Assembly: GCF_025643275.1 (NCBI RefSeq)
Contig: NZ_CP089977.1
Coordinates: 1,050,001 to 1,082,000 of the forward strand
Direction: 5' to 3'
Source: Moraxella nasicaprae
GTDB lineage: Bacteria; Pseudomonadota; Gammaproteobacteria; Pseudomonadales; Moraxellaceae
Length of the DNA stretch: 32,000 nucleotides
The notes beneath the pieces are model-generated. The model was not told the DNA's origin and did no database searches. It saw only the letters and a list, made by a program, of their open reading frames with translations. Shown here in pieces: positions 9,818 to 18,924 of the stretch. Positions within the stretch are counted from its first letter, which is position 1. Every line of letters begins with the position of its first letter. The translations under genes and the position numbers were made by a program.

Positions 9818-10867
9818 ATGGACGGTCAGATTTTGCCCCATGATGCTTATTATATGGGGCTTGCCATTGCCTTAGCAAAAAAAGGAGAGTTTACCACCAG
9901 ACCCAATCCTGCTGTGGGGTGTGTGCTGGTCAAAGATGGGCGGATTATCGGAGAGGGATTTCACCCCAAGGCAGGAGAGCCGCACGCAGAAGTGTTTGCG
10001 TTGCGTCATGCCAATCAGCAGGGGTATGATGTGACTGGGGCGACTGCCTATGTAACGCTTGAACCGTGCAGCCATACAGGACGCACGCCACCGTGTGCTG
10101 ATACGCTTGTGCAAGCTGGTATTGCTCGTGTGGTCATCGCTTGCACAGATAGCAATCCTAAGGTGTCAGGCGGTGGTATTGCAAAGCTTCAACAAGCTGG
10201 TATTGCCGTGACGGTTGGGGTAGCTCATCAGCAGGCAGCTGCATTAAATCGTGGATTTTTAAAGGCGATGGCAACAGGAATGCCGTATGTACGCCTAAAA
10301 ATTGCCACCAGTTTAGATGGCAAGGTGGCAATGGCAAACGGAGAATCCAAGTGGATTACTGGTGATGAGGCTCGAGAAGATGTGCAAAAATTGCGTGCAA
10401 AAAGTGCCGCCATCATCACAGGTTCTGGCACAATCATCGCTGACAATCCATCATTGACCGTGCGTAGTACCCAGCTTGGCGTGCCAGCTTGCCATGTTCC
10501 AAGCCCAAAAATTGTCGTGCTAGACCGCAGCAAAACACTAAGCCGTTCCATGGATTATCAGGTGTTTTGCAATCCTGATACCATGATTTGGCATCAGGAT
10601 ATCCATTCATTATTAGCACTTTTGGTGCAAGAACATCAATGCCATGATGTTTTGGTGGAGGCAGGTGCTAAGGTTGCTGGTGCGTTCATTGAGGCTGATT
10701 TGGTCGATGAGTTGATTGTGTATCAAGCACCAAGCATTCTAGGGGCAAAGGCTGTTTCCATGTTTGATTTTGATGTTGGTCGGTTGGACAATCAAAGGCG
10801 ATTTACTTTGTCAGAAATGACTAAAATCGGTGAAGATGTCAAGTTGGTTTATCATAAATTATATTAA
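9818..10867 (+). CDS. ribD: Bifunctional riboflavin biosynthesis protein RibD (deaminase/reductase)
   Basis: 349-aa ORF with the CDA zinc motifs HAEVFAL and LEPCSHTGRTPPC, followed by the reductase domain (KIATSLDGK). Its ATG abuts the nrdR stop. Confidence 0.95.
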   Translation: MDGQILPHDAYYMGLAIALAKKGEFTTRPNPAVGCVLVKDGRIIGEGFHPKAGEPHAEVFALRHANQQGYDVTGATAYVTLEPCSHTGRTPPCADTLVQAGIARVVIACTDSNPKVSGGGIAKLQQAGIAVTVGVAHQQAAALNRGFLKAMATGMPYVRLKIATSLDGKVAMANGESKWITGDEAREDVQKLRAKSAAIITGSGTIIADNPSLTVRSTQLGVPACHVPSPKIVVLDRSKTLSRSMDYQVFCNPDTMIWHQDIHSLLALLVQEHQCHDVLVEAGAKVAGAFIEADLVDELIVYQAPSILGAKAVSMFDFDVGRLDNQRRFTLSEMTKIGEDVKLVYHKLY

Positions 10868-11149
10868 CTATTATATTATTTATTTTAAATAATATAAAAT
10901 TATCCACAGTCTATTTTTTCATAAATATGAACAATAGTATTTAAATTATGTTCCATGTGAAACTGTGGATAATTAGACGATTTGTATCATGATACATCGT
11001 TTATTGTATCGTAATATGATGATTTTTCAGGATATTTTTAAAAAATCAATGATTATTTTTATCTTGTGGATAACTTGATGATGGTTGATTTTACCATGCG
11101 ATAATAAATTGATTTCAAAAAAGTTATCCACAGTTTTGGAATGATGATT
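10868..11149. promoter_or_regulatory. Second DnaA-box cluster (4 perfect boxes) in the ribD-ribE spacer
   Basis: Perfect TTATCCACA at 10900-10908 (+) and 11124-11132 (+). Perfect TGTGGATAA at 10964-10972 and 11065-11073. The surroundings are AT-rich. The palindrome GTATCATGATAC is at 10984-10995. A copy of the 14-mer word directly abuts box 2. Confidence 0.7.
10950..10963. repeat. 14-mer word copy 5 (GTTCCATGTGAAAC), intergenic, abutting a DnaA box
   Basis: Exact match. It is immediately followed by TGTGGATAA (10964-10972). Confidence 0.9.
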
Positions 11150-11815
11150 ATGTTTACAGGCATTATTGAAACTCTGGGCAAGATTAAGGCGATTCAACCA
11201 ATTGGCGGCGATGTTCAGTTGGTGATTGATGCTCCCGAGTTGGATTTTAGCGATGTTAAGTTAGGAGACTCTATTGCCTCTAATGGCATTTGTCTGACCG
11301 TCGTTTCGGTGAGTGGTCATAGCTATGCGGTCGATGTTTCTCGTGAAACCATGAGTAAGACCGCCCTGCAAAACTGGCGAGTTGGCGATACGATTAACTT
11401 GGAAAAAGCCATGCTCCCCACCACTCGTTTTGGCGGTCATATTGTGGCAGGGCATGTGGACGGCGTGGGTCGAGTGCAAAAAATCAACCAAGATGCACGC
11501 TCGGTTTATATTGAGATTGAGATTCCCCAAGAATTGATGAGATATACTGCACATAAAGGTTCTATCACGCTAGACGGCATTAGCTTGACAACCAACGCCA
11601 TCATTCCTGAGAGAAATCTGGTGTGCCTGAACATCATTCCTCATACTGCCGAAAGAACCAATATCGCCAAACACTGGCAGGTGGGAGCTTTGGTTAATGT
11701 GGAGGTTGATTTGGTTGCTAGATATCTAGAAAGACTGTTATTGAGTCCAAAATCAGACAATAAACCTAAGAGTAATATCACAGAGGCTTTCTTGGCGGAA
11801 AATGGATTTGTGTAA
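11150..11815 (+). CDS. ribE: Riboflavin synthase (alpha chain)
   Basis: Canonical MFTGIIE start; the track ORF begins 9 nt earlier at MMIM. It has the duplicated lumazine-binding repeats GDSIASNGICLTV and GSITLDGISLTT. Confidence 0.93.
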   Translation: MFTGIIETLGKIKAIQPIGGDVQLVIDAPELDFSDVKLGDSIASNGICLTVVSVSGHSYAVDVSRETMSKTALQNWRVGDTINLEKAMLPTTRFGGHIVAGHVDGVGRVQKINQDARSVYIEIEIPQELMRYTAHKGSITLDGISLTTNAIIPERNLVCLNIIPHTAERTNIAKHWQVGALVNVEVDLVARYLERLLLSPKSDNKPKSNITEAFLAENGFV

Positions 11816-11922
11816 TTTTAGAAAAATTGCATAAATATTGATAAATTTTTTATTTCCAATTAGGTATTTATAATTTAGATTATATAAATAATAATTGGGT
11901 GTATATAAGAGATAATAAAAGT

Positions 11923-12915
11923 ATGGCAAAAATGAGAGTGGTATTTGCAGGCACGCCAGAGTTTGCTGCGGTGGCGTTGCAAAAATTGATTGATGAAAAA
12001 GAAGCGTTGAACATTGATATCGTTGCGGTGTACACTCAGCCTGATCGCAGGTCTGGGCGTGGACAAAAAATAACCATGTCAGCAGTCAAGAATGTCGCAT
12101 TGGCAAATGGTATTGCTGTTGAGCAGCCTGAAAGTTTTAGCTTAAAGCATGAATTAGGTCAGGTTTGTCGTGAAACTTTGCAAAGTTATCAAGCTGATGT
12201 CATGATTGTGGCGGCTTATGGATTGATACTACCCAAGGCGGTGCTGGAAATGCCAAAATATGGCTGTCTTAATATCCATGCTTCTTTATTACCAAAATGG
12301 CGAGGGGCGGCACCAATTCATCGAGCCATTTTGTCAGGCGATGCCACAACAGGCATCACCATCATGCAGATGAATCAAGGCTTGGATGCAGGAGATATGC
12401 TATATAAGGTGGCTTGTCCAATCCAAGATGATGACACCACGGCGACACTTCACGATACATTGGCGGTGCTTGGCGGAGAAGCGATTGTGACCGTTTTGGC
12501 GGACTTGGTGAATTTTCAAGCCAATGCAATTCCTCAAAATGATGCCGATGCAACCTATGCTGACAAGGTGTTTACCCAAGATGGTTTGATTGATTGGAGG
12601 CAGTCTGCTCATCATATTCAGCGACAGATTCGAGCATTATCTGCGTACACTTATGTCAATCAGGAGCGTATCAAGGTAATCTCAGTCTTGCCTGTTAAAC
12701 CTGAACAAACAACTAATGAGCCTGCTGGCAAAATCATCAGCGTGGGCAAAAAAGCCATTTTGGTTTCATGTGGAACAAATGAGCAGGGTGTGGCACATTT
12801 GCTAAACATTACAGGAATGCAGTGGGCTGGTGGCAAAATGCTAAATGCAGAACAAATCGCCAATGCCAATAAGCTGAACGATGGCGATGTCTTTGAGATA
12901 AAAGCAGATGAATAA
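11923..12915 (+). CDS. fmt: Methionyl-tRNA formyltransferase
   Basis: N-terminus (MAK)MRVVFAGTPEFA and the motif HASLLPKWRGAAPI. It overlaps rsmB by 8 nt. The start could be 11923 or 11932; the track ORF starts at a GTG at 11899. Confidence 0.92.
   Translation: MAKMRVVFAGTPEFAAVALQKLIDEKEALNIDIVAVYTQPDRRSGRGQKITMSAVKNVALANGIAVEQPESFSLKHELGQVCRETLQSYQADVMIVAAYGLILPKAVLEMPKYGCLNIHASLLPKWRGAAPIHRAILSGDATTGITIMQMNQGLDAGDMLYKVACPIQDDDTTATLHDTLAVLGGEAIVTVLADLVNFQANAIPQNDADATYADKVFTQDGLIDWRQSAHHIQRQIRALSAYTYVNQERIKVISVLPVKPEQTTNEPAGKIISVGKKAILVSCGTNEQGVAHLLNITGMQWAGGKMLNAEQIANANKLNDGDVFEIKADE
12763..12776. repeat. 14-mer word copy 6 (GTTTCATGTGGAAC), inside fmt
   Basis: Exact match. It encodes VSCGT. 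Confidence 0.9.
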
Positions 12916-14245
12916 TTTTTTAGATAAAATCAATAAAAAGACCTTATCATCTCGTGCAAAGTCAATATTGGTTATTGAAGAAATTCTAAATGGAAATTCA
13001 CTATCTAGTCTGCTGGATATGACGCTTGGTACCATCAATGAGACTGATAGAGGATTTTTTCATGAGTTGCTGGTGGGTACATTAAGGCACTGGCACGCAC
13101 TGGCACGCATCAGCGAGAGTCTGCTTGATAAAGAGGTGAGTGATCAGGGTTTGCTTGTGGCGATTCATGTTGGATTGTACCAAATGCTGTACATGAATAC
13201 GCCCGATTATGCTGCCATCAATGATACCGTAGAGGCTGTCAAGCAGCTGGATAAGGGTTATGGGGCGTCTTTGGTTAATGCGATTTTACGAAAGGTACAA
13301 AAAACCCCTACTAAATTTGCCAAAAAAGTGCATAAAAATCATAGCTTACCTAATTGGCTGGCAAAAGAATTAAAGCAAGACTGGCCTGAGTATTATGATG
13401 AGCTGGGGCAGGCTTTGCGTACTTGTGCGGCGGTTTTTTTGCGTATCAATGAGCGACAATGCTCGGTTGAGCAATATTCTGGCATTTTAACGCAGCATCA
13501 GACTGCTCATCAAATCGTCAAACTGGGTATTGATGACAAACAAACCATTCGGCTAGATGAGCAGATTCGCATTGTTGATTTGCCTCATTTTCAGGAAGGC
13601 TGGCTGATGGTGCAGGATTTGCATGCTCAATTATCGGCACATTTACTTGAAAAACTGGCAAAAAATCAGCTGTCTGGCAGAGTGCTTGATTTGTGTGCCG
13701 CACCAGGTGGTAAGACAACCCATTTGCTTGAAAAGTTCCACATGGAACAGTTATTAGCGATTGATAATGACGAAAAACGCTTGCTAAGAGTGCAGGAGAA
13801 TCTTGATAGACTGCGGTTAAATGACATGGCGGTGCAGACATTGGTGGCTGATGCCAGAAGTTGGCAGGCGGATAAACCATACGATGTGATTGTGCTTGAC
13901 GCTCCTTGTACGGCGACGGGTGTGATTCGTAGGCATCCTGACATCGGACTGCTTCGTACCGAAGATGATGTCCGCCAAACTTGTCAGTTACAAAAGCAAA
14001 TTTTGAATAATGCATGGCAGCAACTACAAGTTGGCGGTGTGTTACTATACATCACTTGCTCCATATTAAAGGTTGAAAATGAGCATCAATTATTGGATTT
14101 TTTGAACACCAATACTGACGCCAAACCACTGCCGTTCACATTGGACCTGCCCAACCAAATCAAACAGCAGGTTGGTTATCAATGTTTGCCATTGGATACA
14201 CAAGGCGGCGATGGTTTTTATTACGCAGCTTTGCAAAAAGTCTAG
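12908..14245 (+). CDS. rsmB: 16S rRNA (cytosine967-C5)-methyltransferase RsmB
   Basis: 445-aa ORF with an N-terminal NusB-like domain, the SAM motif DLCAAPGGKTTHL, and catalytic cysteines in DAPCTATGVIRRHPD and YITCS. It shows fmt-rsmB coupling. Confidence 0.92.
   Translation: MNNFLDKINKKTLSSRAKSILVIEEILNGNSLSSLLDMTLGTINETDRGFFHELLVGTLRHWHALARISESLLDKEVSDQGLLVAIHVGLYQMLYMNTPDYAAINDTVEAVKQLDKGYGASLVNAILRKVQKTPTKFAKKVHKNHSLPNWLAKELKQDWPEYYDELGQALRTCAAVFLRINERQCSVEQYSGILTQHQTAHQIVKLGIDDKQTIRLDEQIRIVDLPHFQEGWLMVQDLHAQLSAHLLEKLAKNQLSGRVLDLCAAPGGKTTHLLEKFHMEQLLAIDNDEKRLLRVQENLDRLRLNDMAVQTLVADARSWQADKPYDVIVLDAPCTATGVIRRHPDIGLLRTEDDVRQTCQLQKQILNNAWQQLQVGGVLLYITCSILKVENEHQLLDFLNTNTDAKPLPFTLDLPNQIKQQVGYQCLPLDTQGGDGFYYAALQKV
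13735..13748. repeat. 14-mer word copy 7 (GTTCCACATGGAAC), inside rsmB
   Basis: Exact match. It encodes KFHMEQ. Confidence 0.9.
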
Positions 14246-14317
14246 CATCATCAAGATGATTGATGATTATTTTATGAAAATTATGCTAGAATGATTGATG
14301 GATTTTTATAAAGGTAG

Positions 14318-15739
14318 ATGACAATGAAATATATCAGTACTCGTGGCAAGACAGAGCCAATGTTATTTAGCGATGTGTTATTGATGGGGCTGGCTCCTGA
14401 TGGTGGTTTGATGTTGCCAGAATCATATCCACAGATTGATGATGAAGTATTGACACAATGGCGTACACTTGGCTATACCGACCTTGCTTTTGAAATCATG
14501 AAATTATTTGCCACCGATATTCCAGAGCAAGATTTACAGGATATTATTAATAAAACCTACACAAAACAAGCCTTTAATAGCGATGAGATTACCCCAGTGA
14601 CCAAGCTGTACCAAGGGGTGGATTTGTTGGAATTATCCAATGGTCCTACGCTGGCATTTAAAGATATGGCGATGCAATTTTTGGGCAATGCATTCGAGTA
14701 TGTGTTGAGCAAAAAAGGCGAAAGATTGACCATCATTGGGGCGACCTCTGGCGACACGGGTAGTGCTGCTGAGTACGCATTGCGTGGCAAGCAAAACATC
14801 GAGGTCTTTATGATGTCGCCACATGGCAAAATGAGTGCTTTTCAGCGAGCTCAGATGTACAGTTTGGACGATAAAAATATTCACAATATTGCGGTTCAGG
14901 GCATGTTTGACGATTGCCAAGAGATTGTTAAAAAATTACAAGAAGACCATGATTTTAAGCAAAAATATAGCTTAGGTACGGTTAATTCTATCAACTGGGG
15001 TCGTATTTTGGCTCAGATTGTGTACTATTTTAAGGGTTATTTTGCCGCCACTCAAAATAATCATGAGACAATCAGTGTTTGTGTCCCTTCTGGTAATTTT
15101 GGCAATGTTTGTGCAGCTCATATTGCTCGTGAAATGGGCTTGCCAATCGACCGCCTGATTGTGGCAACCAACGAAAATGATGTGCTAAATGAGTTTTTTA
15201 ACACAGGTAAATATCAACCAAGAACTTCTGATGAGACTTTTGTGACTTCAAGTCCATCGATGGATATTTCAAAAGCATCGAATTTTGAAAGATTCATCTA
15301 TCTTTTGTTGGATAAAGACACGCAAAAAGTGGCTCAATTATTCACACAAGTCCGTCAAGGAAACGGGTTTGATTTATCAGAAAATCTAAACAAAATCCAA
15401 GAGACATTTGGTTTTGTGGCGGGCAAATCCACCCATCAAGACCGTCTGGATACCATTCGATTTATTTTTGAGCAAACCCAGCGTTTGATTGACCCGCACA
15501 CCGCTGATGGCGTGAAAGTTGCGTTGGATTTGCAACAGCCAAATGAGAGAATTTTGGTGGCAGAAACGGCATTGCCAGCCAAATTTGAGGAAACGATGAG
15601 TGAGGCGTTGGGAGAGATTGACCTGCCACGCCCTGCACATACGGTAGGTTTGGAAGAAAAGCCGCAGTATGTCACGGTGGCGGAAAACCGTGCCGAAGAG
15701 GTGGCGGATTTGATTAAGCAGTTTGTACAACCAAATTAA
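14318..15739 (+). CDS. thrC: Threonine synthase (long form)
   Basis: Starts M(TM)KYISTRG and has the PLP-lysine motif PTLAFKDMAMQF. About 470 aa, like the Pseudomonas-type ThrC. The start is 14318 or 14324. Confidence 0.92.
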   Translation: MTMKYISTRGKTEPMLFSDVLLMGLAPDGGLMLPESYPQIDDEVLTQWRTLGYTDLAFEIMKLFATDIPEQDLQDIINKTYTKQAFNSDEITPVTKLYQGVDLLELSNGPTLAFKDMAMQFLGNAFEYVLSKKGERLTIIGATSGDTGSAAEYALRGKQNIEVFMMSPHGKMSAFQRAQMYSLDDKNIHNIAVQGMFDDCQEIVKKLQEDHDFKQKYSLGTVNSINWGRILAQIVYYFKGYFAATQNNHETISVCVPSGNFGNVCAAHIAREMGLPIDRLIVATNENDVLNEFFNTGKYQPRTSDETFVTSSPSMDISKASNFERFIYLLLDKDTQKVAQLFTQVRQGNGFDLSENLNKIQETFGFVAGKSTHQDRLDTIRFIFEQTQRLIDPHTADGVKVALDLQQPNERILVAETALPAKFEETMSEALGEIDLPRPAHTVGLEEKPQYVTVAENRAEEVADLIKQFVQPN

Positions 15740-15750
15740 CCTTAATCATC

Positions 15751-16935
15751 ATGCAGGCATATCAGGCACTTACAGGGCGATGGGCGGTGTTGGCGTTATG
15801 GTATATTGTCAATACTTCGCTGATTGCCTATTACAAACTGTTGGAGCGATTTGGCGGTGCGTCTGAGGCACTACTTGCCACACGGACGGCTTGGCAGGAG
15901 CTGGGCATTCATACAGCTCATCTAAATCGTTGGCAAGATGCAACCGATGTGCTGGCATTTATTGACCGAGTGCAAAAAGAACTGTCCATCAATACCTATC
16001 ATTTGCTTGATACCAGCGATGAGGCGTATCCGAGCCAGCTTTTGCAACTGTATGACCCGCCGCCAGTACTGTTCTATCGTGGCAATGTCGCAAGGCTCAA
16101 TGATGAGCAAATCGCCATTGTTGGTACTAGAAATCCCACCCAATATGCCCAAAAAACCACATTTGATTTGGCTCAGTATCTGGTGCAGTCGGGCTATACC
16201 ATCACTAGCGGATTGGCTCAGGGTGTGGATAGACAGGCTCATCTAGGTGCATTGACACAGCTACCTACTTTGATGGGTAGAACGGTTGGTGTGATGGGTA
16301 CAGGGATTGATGTGTGCTATCCACGCAATCATCATGCCCTGTTTGCTCAAATTATTGATGAGGGCGGCTGTGTATTGACAGAACTATTGCCTGCCACACC
16401 TGCCAGCAAGCACACCTTTCCTAGACGCAATCGTCTGGTGGCAGGATTGTCTTTGGCAACGGTCGTGACGGAGGCTGCCGTACAATCGGGCTCTTTGATT
16501 ACCGCACGATTGTCTGCTGAACAAGGTAAGCAGGTGTTTGTAGTGCCAGGATTGATTGACAATCCACAGGCACAAGGTTGTCATCATCTGATTCGTGAGG
16601 GGGCGACTTTGATTTATCACCCTAATCACATTTTGGAGGATATTGGTCGTCAGATTGATGTGCCAAAAACTTTCGGTTCTGGTGCGTCGCCTGAAAAAAC
16701 CCCATCAAAATCCACTCAAAACAGCCAAGTAGCAGCAACATCTTCTGTGGCACAACATAAAATCATTCCCAAGCATTTGACCGCTATCTTTGATGTGTTA
16801 TCCGATACACCGCAAGATTTGGATGTATTGGTGGCGATGAGTGGCATGGCAGTGCCAACATTATTGGCTGGCTTGTTGGAGCTTGAAATCTTGGGGGTTT
16901 TGGTGCAGATTGGAGGGCGTTATGCCAAAGCCTAA
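15751..16935 (+). CDS. dprA: DNA processing protein DprA (Smf)
   Basis: 394-aa ORF with the Rossmann-like DprA core IAIVGTRNPT...GLAQGVDRQAH...FPRRNRLVAGLS...VVTEAAVQSGSLITA and a C-terminal winged-helix-like tail. Confidence 0.9.
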   Translation: MQAYQALTGRWAVLALWYIVNTSLIAYYKLLERFGGASEALLATRTAWQELGIHTAHLNRWQDATDVLAFIDRVQKELSINTYHLLDTSDEAYPSQLLQLYDPPPVLFYRGNVARLNDEQIAIVGTRNPTQYAQKTTFDLAQYLVQSGYTITSGLAQGVDRQAHLGALTQLPTLMGRTVGVMGTGIDVCYPRNHHALFAQIIDEGGCVLTELLPATPASKHTFPRRNRLVAGLSLATVVTEAAVQSGSLITARLSAEQGKQVFVVPGLIDNPQAQGCHHLIREGATLIYHPNHILEDIGRQIDVPKTFGSGASPEKTPSKSTQNSQVAATSSVAQHKIIPKHLTAIFDVLSDTPQDLDVLVAMSGMAVPTLLAGLLELEILGVLVQIGGRYAKA

Positions 16936-17524
16936 GCATTATTTTCATCAGGATAATTTGCCTCAGTTGTTGGCATTTTTGCGTGCTGGCGGTGTGTTGG
17001 CTTATCCTAGCGAAAGCGTTTGGGGGTTGGGCTGTGATGCAAGCGATGAGCAAGCATTGCAACGCATTGTGACACTTAAACAACGAGATTTGGGCAAGGG
17101 TTTGATTGTTTTGACCGACCAAGCCAAGAGGCTAAAATCAGCTTTATCAGACGAGTTGATTGAGCGGCTGCAAAGCATTAGTGCAAAACATATGTTGCAA
17201 CAAGGTCGAGCCAGCACTTGGCTTGTTCCAATGCCAACCAAAGTCATCAATCCACTGTTGATGGGGGATTTTGGGACGCTGGCAGTTCGCATCACACCAC
17301 ACCCGATTCTGGCAAACATTTGCCAACATTTGGTCAGTGATGTCAATCCTTATGGTTTTTTAGTGTCCACCAGTTGCAATCCATCAGGACAAAACCCTGC
17401 CACAAGCCTACAAGAGGCGTATGACTATTTTGGCGAAGAGGTTGGCTATCTTGATGTCCAAAGTTTGGGTTTTAAGCAACCAAGCCAAATCATTGATTTG
17501 ATGACAGGCAAGGTTTTTCGTTAA
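16922..17524 (+). CDS. tsaC: L-threonylcarbamoyladenylate synthase TsaC (YrdC family)
   Basis: Track ORF 16841-17524, trimmed to MPKPKHYF; the ATG at 16922 overlaps the dprA end by 14 nt. It has the YrdC motif GGVLAYPSESVWGLGCDA. Confidence 0.85.
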   Translation: MPKPKHYFHQDNLPQLLAFLRAGGVLAYPSESVWGLGCDASDEQALQRIVTLKQRDLGKGLIVLTDQAKRLKSALSDELIERLQSISAKHMLQQGRASTWLVPMPTKVINPLLMGDFGTLAVRITPHPILANICQHLVSDVNPYGFLVSTSCNPSGQNPATSLQEAYDYFGEEVGYLDVQSLGFKQPSQIIDLMTGKVFR

Positions 17525-17573
17525 AAGTCAATCAGTTATCCAAGACCGCTTACCCTGTGGTTACCAAAAAAAT

Positions 17574-17587
17574 GTTTCACATGGAAC
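17574..17587. repeat. 14-mer word copy 8 (GTTTCACATGGAAC), intergenic between convergent tsaC and the glsB-like gene
   Basis: Exact match, 50 nt after the tsaC stop and 9 nt before the glsB-like stop codon. Confidence 0.9.
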
Positions 17588-17786
17588 TTTAAGATTTATT
17601 TTTTGTTGGTTAAAAAGCCATAAATCACCAGCACAATCATCGCACCAATGACCGAAAATACCCAATAGGCAAATCCAGCCGTCGCATTAGCACCAACCAA
17701 TCCTGCTAATAGCGAGCCAATATAAGCTCCCACAATGCCTAAAATGATGGTAAAAATCCAGCCCATGCTGTCATTGCCTGGTTTTA

Positions 17787-18729
17787 TACTAAATTCACTT
17801 TAAAACCCTACAAATCTATGCTAAAATATCGCTATTATGGCATATTCAATAGAACTTAAACAAAAGGCCTTAGCCTACTTAGAGCAGTGTGGTAATATTA
17901 GCACAGTTTGTACTGCTTACAACATTTCAAGAAGCACCTTGTATGCTTGGATTAAAAAACAAGAACAAGGTGATTTGTCCTGTCAAAGTGGTGGCAATCG
18001 TGGTGTTAAAGTGGACAGAAATAAGCTTAAAACTTATGTAGAGCAAAACCCTGATGCTTACTTGTATGAAATTGCTGAAGTTTTTAATTGTGGTACAAGT
18101 ACCATCTTTTATGCTTTACGCTCTCTTGGTATTACCCATAAAAAAAGACCACAAGTTACAAAGAACAAGACCCAAACAAAATCAAAGACTATCAAGACAG
18201 GCTAAAACAGTTACAAAGCATACAAGACTACGAGCTTGTTTATGTAGATGAAACTGGTATTGACACTTACCTACACCGCACCCACGCCAGAAGTTTAAAG
18301 GGTCAAAAAGTCTATGATAAGGTGAGTGGTAAATATTATCAACGCATATCATTGGTTGCTGGACAAATTGGTAACAAAGCCAAAAACTTGATTGCTCCAC
18401 TTATCTATCAAAACACAATGGTAAGCAACTTATTTGAAACTTGGTTTGAACAAATGCTTCTACCTAGCCTTGACAACCACGCCAAGCAAACAGGTAGACC
18501 TTGTATCATCATCTTAGATAATGCAAGATTTCATAGAATGAAGCAGTTACAGGTACTTGCTAATAACACAACATGCAAACATGTTATCTTGCCACTCCCA
18601 CCTTATTCACCTAACCTAAACCCCATAGAACACACTTGGGCAACTATTAAGAGATGGCTTAGAAGTCATCTGTCAAAGTTTGAGAGTATTGAAGGTGGGC
18701 TGATGTCTTATTTTGAGTTGAATTGAGTA
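17787..18729 (+). mobile_element. IS630-family insertion sequence (943 bp)
   Basis: Imperfect terminal inverted repeats: left TACTAAATTCACTTTAAAA, and reverse complement of the right end TACTCAATTCAACTCAAAA (15 of 19 identical). It is flanked by TA at 17785-17786 and 18730-18731, the target-site duplication typical of IS630/Tc1-mariner. It carries an HTH plus DDE transposase. Confidence 0.85.
17837..18726 (+). CDS. IS630-family DDE transposase, two frames joined by a -1 frameshift at A7 (18140-18146)
   Basis: Frame 1 (17837-18145) gives MAYSIELKQKALAYLEQCGNISTVCTAYNISRSTLYAWIKK...LGITHKK (HTH domains). The -1 frame is open from just after a TAA at 18139-18141 to the stop at 18724-18726. It gives KTTSYKEQDPNKIKDYQDRL...VYVDETG...IIILDNARFH...NPIEHTWATIK, the DDE triad. 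The fused product is about 296 aa. Confidence 0.8.
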
Positions 18730-18892
18730 TAATAGACGAGCCAATAGTCCAACCAAAAATCCTACAATGATGGTTTTAATCATGTTTGTGCCTCATTTTT
18801 TTATCTATGATGTCTTGATTATACGGATTTTTTTGTTCTTGTGGGTTGTTTGTCTGTAACAATAGTCATCATAGGATTGGTTCTTTTGCAAT

Positions 18893-18919
18893 AAAAAACG
18901 CCCCAAACGGAGCGTTTTA
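18893..18919 (-). terminator. Rho-independent terminator after ribBA
   Basis: The minus-strand RNA reads AAAACGCUCC-GUUU-GGGGCGUUUUUU, beginning a few nt after the ribBA stop. Confidence 0.65.
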
Positions 18920-18924
18920 TTGTG

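Larger units (their letters stand above)
17596..18783 (-). pseudogene. GlsB/YeaQ/YmgE-family small membrane protein gene split by an IS630-family insertion
   Basis: The 5' part (18783-18730) encodes MIKTIIVGFLVGLLARLL. The 3' part (17784-17596) encodes KPGNDSMGWIFTIILGIVGAYIGSLLAGLVGANATAGFAYWVFSVIGAMIVLVIYGFLTNKK*. Removing 17787-18729 and one TA copy restores a single in-frame 80-aa ORF. Confidence 0.85.

Noticed and set aside
10868-11149. Search for an FMN (RFN) riboswitch upstream of ribE, and upstream of ribBA in the 44-nt spacer at 20026-20069.
   Set aside because: The ribE leader is AT-rich and lacks the GC-rich conserved RFN helices. The ribBA upstream spacer is too short to hold a riboswitch.
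13088-13107. A direct tandem repeat, CACTGGCACG x2, inside rsmB.
   Set aside because: There are only two units, and they read in frame as part of an intact RsmB (LRHWHALARI). There is no sign of a frameshift or copy-number variation. It is most likely coincidental.
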